A DNA stretch of 35,664 bases from Adineta ricciae. Lineage: Eukaryota. Each line of letters begins with the position of its first letter. Position 1 is the stretch's first letter. The notes under the pieces were generated by a model. It searched no databases, had not been told where the DNA came from, and saw only the letters and a list, made by a program, of their open reading frames with translations. The position numbers and the translations under genes were made by a program. Positions 31,097 through 35,664 of this stretch are shown piece by piece. The stretch is from positions 108,628 to 144,291 of the forward strand of contig CAJNOJ010000205.1 in the NCBI GenBank assembly GCA_905250025.1, given 5' to 3'.

Positions 31097-32137
31097 TTAA
31101 TGAGGATGCATAATGATTGTATTGGCATCATTTGTTGGGACGATTGGAAAACGACGTAAAACACTACTACGACAGAGATTGATGAATTCAAGTCGGAATG
31201 GTCTGGATATTGAAATAAATAAATAGAATGGAACAACACCAGTTAGATAGACAAGCATGAGACTAATAAAACTGTAGAAGGCTTCTATTTCTAACCTCTC
31301 TGTGGTTTTATTCGTCACATAGTATGTCAATGCACCATAGAGAAGATTAATTCCATATGGAACCGATGAGATAATATTAATGACGACTTCGGTAATGACC
31401 ATATAAGCAAGATGACGATCTAATTTTCTGGCAGAGACTTGACTTGCATTATGACGCTGATATAGATCACGAATCGTTAAAAGACTGAAGACTGCCATTA
31501 AGATAGGAGGTGTAAAAGTAAAAAAAATAATTTGATAAATTGCATACGATAACTTGTACATGCCGAACATTCCACAAGTGCCGGCGCTGTTAATATACAT
31601 CAATATGGGCATATGCAGAGGAACTAATGTGCATATAACGCACATAATGCAAACAAGTATTATTGCTGCTTTAATCGAGCTGAGCGAGCGAAGACGCACG
31701 TTTGCTCGTGTAGCAAAAAATCGATCGATGCAAGCAAGAACGACTGCATACCGAAGAAAAAGACTGAATGTATGGCTGCCGTATTGCCGTACTTTACAAT
31801 AGAAGACGGATTGAGTTTGAAGATCCGTGTTATTAAGAGCATAAAGCAACGGAGGAAGCGTCCAAAGCAAAAACATGATTGAAAATATTGATAAGGAAAG
31901 AAGATAAATTGAGCTGGGACTACGTCGATATGCCCGGCGTGTAAATATTAGACAGTTGCAAATACTGCCGACGACACCTAAGACAAGATATAGGCTAACA
32001 CCATACCGAATGATTTCTCGTTGAATAGCTGGTAACCGTGTTACTGCCATCGTTTTCTTTGCTATTTGTGAAGCGCATTTTTCTGAAGATTTATAAGTAG
32101 AATAAAACGTTGGAATTTGTATCCAAGTTATCAGCAC
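31097..32137 (-). CDS. Rhodopsin-like 7TM receptor (second, divergent paralog), 346 aa; the start may be the internal Met at ~32050
   Basis: 1041-nt ORF. GSICNCLIFTRRAYRR in TM1/ICL1. DRY-equivalent ACIDRFFATRANVRLR. Seven hydrophobic segments. NxxxY-like segment near the C-terminus (TGVVPFYLF). Confidence 0.7.
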   Translation of the reverse strand: MLITWIQIPTFYSTYKSSEKCASQIAKKTMAVTRLPAIQREIIRYGVSLYLVLGVVGSICNCLIFTRRAYRRSPSSIYLLSLSIFSIMFLLWTLPPLLYALNNTDLQTQSVFYCKVRQYGSHTFSLFLRYAVVLACIDRFFATRANVRLRSLSSIKAAIILVCIMCVICTLVPLHMPILMYINSAGTCGMFGMYKLSYAIYQIIFFTFTPPILMAVFSLLTIRDLYQRHNASQVSARKLDRHLAYMVITEVVINIISSVPYGINLLYGALTYYVTNKTTERLEIEAFYSFISLMLVYLTGVVPFYLFISISRPFRLEFINLCRSSVLRRFPIVPTNDANTIIMHPH

Positions 32138-32805
32138 CTATTCATATGGTTCTTCCTGTGTTTTCATTTGCAATTTCATTCTTACAAGTTCATTTTATCG
32201 TCGATAAATGACACAGTGTTTGTTAGATGTCAATAAAGCAAATACAACATAGGATGAGAATGTCTCTTGTCATTTAGGACTTTAAATACAAGATAAAGGT
32301 TATAATGTCATCAAAGTCATATAGATTCAAATTTCTACATTTCACATATTCATTAATATTCCATTGTCGTATAGACTGTTTTGACTAATCTTCTCGTATT
32401 GATGCAAACATGCATGCATATATCTAGCCCACATGTATGACAGTTACTCACAGAATCAATGAGTAAGCCACCTGATGATACATACGCGGCATGCACATTA
32501 TGTTTCTCCTGTCACTTTTCTTTTCTCTCGTTCTGTTGCAATACTCTCCTTCCCTCCGGTGTATAATATCGCTTTTCAATGAATCACCGCGAAGAACTTA
32601 CATTCTCTGCTTGTTCTTATCAATACACATATATATATAATCTCAACACGAATCAGTTTCATATTTTCGTTCTATGATACACAACTACCTAGTAGTATAT
32701 ATTTTACAAAGCAGAAAATAATTGCCCTTTAATATTTTCTGTAATTGATGCGCATATATAATATTCCAGTTTTATTTACTGACGCGAGTTCATATTAATT
32801 TCAGA

Positions 32806-35328
32806 ATGGCAAGTAATACGACTTCAGCTGCTCAAAGTATGCAGGGTTATTCACTCTCGCAATTTTTCACCACGTTAACCGCTTCTGCAATCATTGCTGG
32901 TATTGAAGTTGTTTTATTTATTATTATCAGAACGATATTTAAACGTATCTATGAACCAAAAACATATCTTGGAGACGAAAAACAACGTGTTAAGCCGTTA
33001 CCTCGTACACCATACGGATGGTTACCTGCTCTATTAAAAATGCCGCCAGAAGATCTCATTCGTACATCTGGCCTTGACGCTTATTTATTTGCACGTTATC
33101 TCTACATTCATGCTTTGTTTTTCTTGAGTTTCTTTCCTCTCCTAGGAGTTATTCTATTCCCGATCTACACAGTTAATGGTAAAGGTGCGACTTTGGGTAA
33201 GACTGGGCTGGATATTCTAACATTCGGAAACATTACACCACGTCATTCGCTACGATATATAGCTCCGTTGATACTAGCATATGTTTTCATCGGTGCATAT
33301 CTTCTTCTTCTGTACGTCGAGATGAAGGTTTTCGTTGGGAAGCGTCAAGCGTTATTACGAAATGCAGCATATCAATCTCGTGCTAGTGCAACAACGATTC
33401 TTGTCACTGCTATACCAAAACCGTATTTACATGTCGATGTTCTCCACCGAATTTTCGATCAATTTCCCGGTGGAGTGAAATATATTTGGCTCAATCGAAA
33501 TCTCGGAGATCTTCCGGATAAGGCAGAACAACGTATGGAGTTAGTCGAAAAGCTCGAAACAATCTTGTCCAAATTGATGAAAACCGTACTGAAAAACAAG
33601 GCGAAATCGAAAACGAACCTGAAGGTTCATGCTACAGTCGAAGAAGAAGGTATGATTAATCATTACATCCCACAAAAGAAACGGCCAACAATGCGAGTTG
33701 GATCCATACCAGTACTTTCATCATTGTGTTGTGGCAAAAAAGTCGATGCTATCACACACTGTAAAGCGACAATTTCGCAACTGAATACGGAAATCGAGAG
33801 TGCACAATCAAATTTAAAAGATTATAAGCCAATCAATTCTGCATTTATTCAGTTTAATTCGCAAATAGCAGCACATATGGCTGTACAGAGTGTTGCGGCG
33901 TCCATCCCGCTCGCCATGACACCGCGATATATCGATATCAGACCATTGAATATAGTCTGGTCGAATCTAAGATTAACCTACTACGAACTGAAAGTCAGAA
34001 AACTCATCATGGTAGCAGCAACAGTAGCGCTCATTGTCTTCTGGACTATTCCCGTCTCTATCGTCGGTATTCTTTCTAACATTACATATCTTACGGATAA
34101 AATCACCTTTCTGAAAGTCATTTATAAACTCCCGACAGCACTTCTCGGTGTCGTCACTGGCCTCCTACCGGCAGCTCTATTGGCTATTTTGATGGCATTG
34201 TTACCTATCGTTTTGAAACTATTAGCATCACTGTCCGGTAAACCTACAACAGATGCTATTGATCGTTATGTTCAAGGTTCTTACTTTGTTTTTCAAGTGA
34301 TACATGCGTTTCTATTTGTGACCATTTCGAGCAGTGTCTCCAGTGTAGCTGTTGATATTATTCAAAACCCGCCACTGGCTGCAACTATTCTCGCTGCGAA
34401 TATTCCAACTGCCAGTAATTTCTTCTTTAGTTTTATTGCACTGCAGGGATTAAGCGTAGCTTGTGGTGTTCTTTTACAAGTTTTCACCTTAATTTCTTTT
34501 TATCTGCTTGGTAAATTATTCGATAATACGCCACGAAAGATCTGGAGACGATATTTCACACTTTCAAGTCTCAGCTGGGGCACGATCTTTCCTGTTTTTA
34601 CAAATTTCGTTGTTATCACTTTAGTTTATTCGATAATCGCGCCCCTAATCCTAATCATATCCGCTTTGGCGTTTGCTTTGTTTTACATTGCTTATGCGTA
34701 TACGATGTTTTATGTGAACGATTTTCCCAACGATTCTGGCGGCCTGGCTTTCCCAAGAGCAATTTACCAGTCATTTACCGGTGTCTATTTAATGGAAATT
34801 ATGCTTGCAGCTCTGTTTTTTCTCGTACAGAATGAGGTCGGCGCACAAGCTGCTGTTCCTCAAGGTGCTCTGATGTGTGTCTTAATCATCATTACATTTG
34901 TTGTCCACATGGCCATGCGATCCAGTTTCGATCCACTGACATATTATCTACCGGTTGACGCTGATGAATACGCACAATTAGAAAATCCAGGCACACGAAT
35001 GTTTCCGATAGCGAGAACGGCCATGCATAGGATCAGTTATTGTCGAACGACGAACATGAACGATGTTGTCGTGGACTTCTTCGATAACACAATGGAAAAT
35101 GCATATATACATCCAGCACTACGAGATCCTACACCAATTGTATGGATTCCCGAAGACAATATAGGTATTGCAATGGATGAGATTCAACGAACTAAAGTAT
35201 CACATCCGAATGTTTTTATGTCAACGAAAGGCGCGACATTTAATGAGAAGACCAAAATTGTGGTCAATTCTCATCCACCTGATTATTTCAAAGCACAAGG
35301 CGAAGATATTATTCAAGCGCGATTTTAA
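32806..35328 (+). CDS. CSC1/OSCA/TMEM63-family (DUF221) calcium-permeable stress-gated cation channel, 840 aa, intronless
   Basis: 2523-nt ORF. N-terminal RSN1_TM-like region RIYEPKTYLGDEKQRVKPLPRTPYGWLPALLKMPPEDLIRTSGLDAYLFARYL (compare fungal CSC1 RVYEPRTY…G.FGW…S..D.I…GLDAY.FLR). Cytosolic PHM7_cyt-like region SRASATTILVTAIPKPYL. 10-11 predicted TM helices with DUF221-like core (ALLPIVLKLLASLSGKPT…FFFSFIALQG). Confidence 0.8.
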   Translation: MASNTTSAAQSMQGYSLSQFFTTLTASAIIAGIEVVLFIIIRTIFKRIYEPKTYLGDEKQRVKPLPRTPYGWLPALLKMPPEDLIRTSGLDAYLFARYLYIHALFFLSFFPLLGVILFPIYTVNGKGATLGKTGLDILTFGNITPRHSLRYIAPLILAYVFIGAYLLLLYVEMKVFVGKRQALLRNAAYQSRASATTILVTAIPKPYLHVDVLHRIFDQFPGGVKYIWLNRNLGDLPDKAEQRMELVEKLETILSKLMKTVLKNKAKSKTNLKVHATVEEEGMINHYIPQKKRPTMRVGSIPVLSSLCCGKKVDAITHCKATISQLNTEIESAQSNLKDYKPINSAFIQFNSQIAAHMAVQSVAASIPLAMTPRYIDIRPLNIVWSNLRLTYYELKVRKLIMVAATVALIVFWTIPVSIVGILSNITYLTDKITFLKVIYKLPTALLGVVTGLLPAALLAILMALLPIVLKLLASLSGKPTTDAIDRYVQGSYFVFQVIHAFLFVTISSSVSSVAVDIIQNPPLAATILAANIPTASNFFFSFIALQGLSVACGVLLQVFTLISFYLLGKLFDNTPRKIWRRYFTLSSLSWGTIFPVFTNFVVITLVYSIIAPLILIISALAFALFYIAYAYTMFYVNDFPNDSGGLAFPRAIYQSFTGVYLMEIMLAALFFLVQNEVGAQAAVPQGALMCVLIIITFVVHMAMRSSFDPLTYYLPVDADEYAQLENPGTRMFPIARTAMHRISYCRTTNMNDVVVDFFDNTMENAYIHPALRDPTPIVWIPEDNIGIAMDEIQRTKVSHPNVFMSTKGATFNEKTKIVVNSHPPDYFKAQGEDIIQARF

Positions 35329-35540
35329 GATTTTCATTTGCAATCATAAATTATGAGTAGTATGTAAATTTCATAAAAATCTCATCGTTAGACAAGTCAA
35401 AAATTTTAATGGACGAGAATGGAATTTAAAATCTTTTTGATCAATTTTATAAATAAAAATGATATATGAAAAAGATAAGAAGACAAGTAATCTGCAAAAA
35501 TTCACAAAAGAATCACATCCTTATTCAATACATGTCATTA

Positions 35541-35664
35541 GATTGTTGTTTGTAACATTTGACGGCCCCATTCAATGATGGTTTGAACATCGGGTGTCGA
35601 ATCAATAATCGTACCGTTATCTACTCCGTATGACTGCCATTGTTTGAAGCTAAGTTTTGTGCTA
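35541..35664 (-). CDS. Possible 3' end (C-terminal ~40 aa) of a minus-strand gene that starts beyond the window
   Basis: Open frame from the window edge to TAA (complement of 35538-35540): …STKLSFKQWQSYGVDNGTIIDSTPDVQTIIEWGRQMLQTTI*. Too short to classify. Confidence 0.2.

Noticed and set aside
1-35664. Prokaryotic-style interpretation (operons, RBS, each six-frame ORF as a gene)
   Set aside because: Coding signal is interrupted by short GT-AG introns with phase continuity (for example sPLA2, TRPM and PARP-like genes). The gene families are eukaryotic (TRPM, GPCR, F-box, BTB, PARP4), and there are no Shine-Dalgarno or operon patterns. This is treated as eukaryotic nuclear DNA.
1-35664. CRISPR arrays, rRNA, tRNA, intact transposons
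   Set aside because: No regularly spaced direct repeats, no rRNA-like conserved stretches, no convincing cloverleaf candidates found by eye, and no transposase or reverse-transcriptase ORFs. Only the short palindrome at 30372-30385 hints at a possible mobile-element relic.

Overview
AT-rich eukaryotic (metazoan-type) nuclear DNA, not prokaryotic. Genes are densely packed with GT-AG introns of about 50-60 nt, for example the 49-nt intron in the sPLA2 gene and the 50- and 57-nt introns in the 11746-12845 gene, and many long open reading frames are intronless. The gene content is animal-type: a TRPM channel, a vault-PARP/PARP4-like gene, rhodopsin-like 7TM receptors, an F-box protein, a secreted PLA2 and a CSC1/OSCA/TMEM63 channel. 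Tiny introns, tandem paralogs and a possible horizontally acquired gene fit a bdelloid-rotifer-like genome. This is inference only; a nematode-like origin is less favoured because the acceptor sites are weak (tag/cag rather than tttcag) and there are many intronless long genes. In window order: a tandemly duplicated two-gene unit with reciprocal decay (1-3417); a disrupted small TM-protein gene (3615-4126, -); a multi-exon TRPM cation channel (4846-9514, +); a convergent intronless CBM48-BTB-BACK-glycosyltransferase-like fusion gene (9517-11559, -); a 3-exon gene of unknown function (11746-12845, -); two tandem paralogs of a two-TM glycoprotein family, one frameshifted (13332-15980, -); a DUF4243/questin-oxidase-like gene (16435-17721, -); a 2-exon secreted phospholipase A2 (17889-18627, -); a large multi-exon PARP4-like gene with BRCT, PARP regulatory, PARP catalytic, VIT and VWA domains whose splice chain continues into a C-terminal HSP70-type substrate-binding domain (20079 to at least 26898, +); a small secreted Cys-rich protein (27902-28375, -); two 7TM receptor genes with a decayed partial duplicate of one between them (28860-32137); and an intronless CSC1-like channel (32806-35328, +). 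I found no rRNA, tRNA, CRISPR or intact transposon. The most interesting items are the PARP4-like/HSP70-SBD fusion architecture, the CBM48-BTB-GT fusion, the likely foreign DUF4243 gene, and signatures of recent tandem duplication, gene conversion and pseudogenisation.
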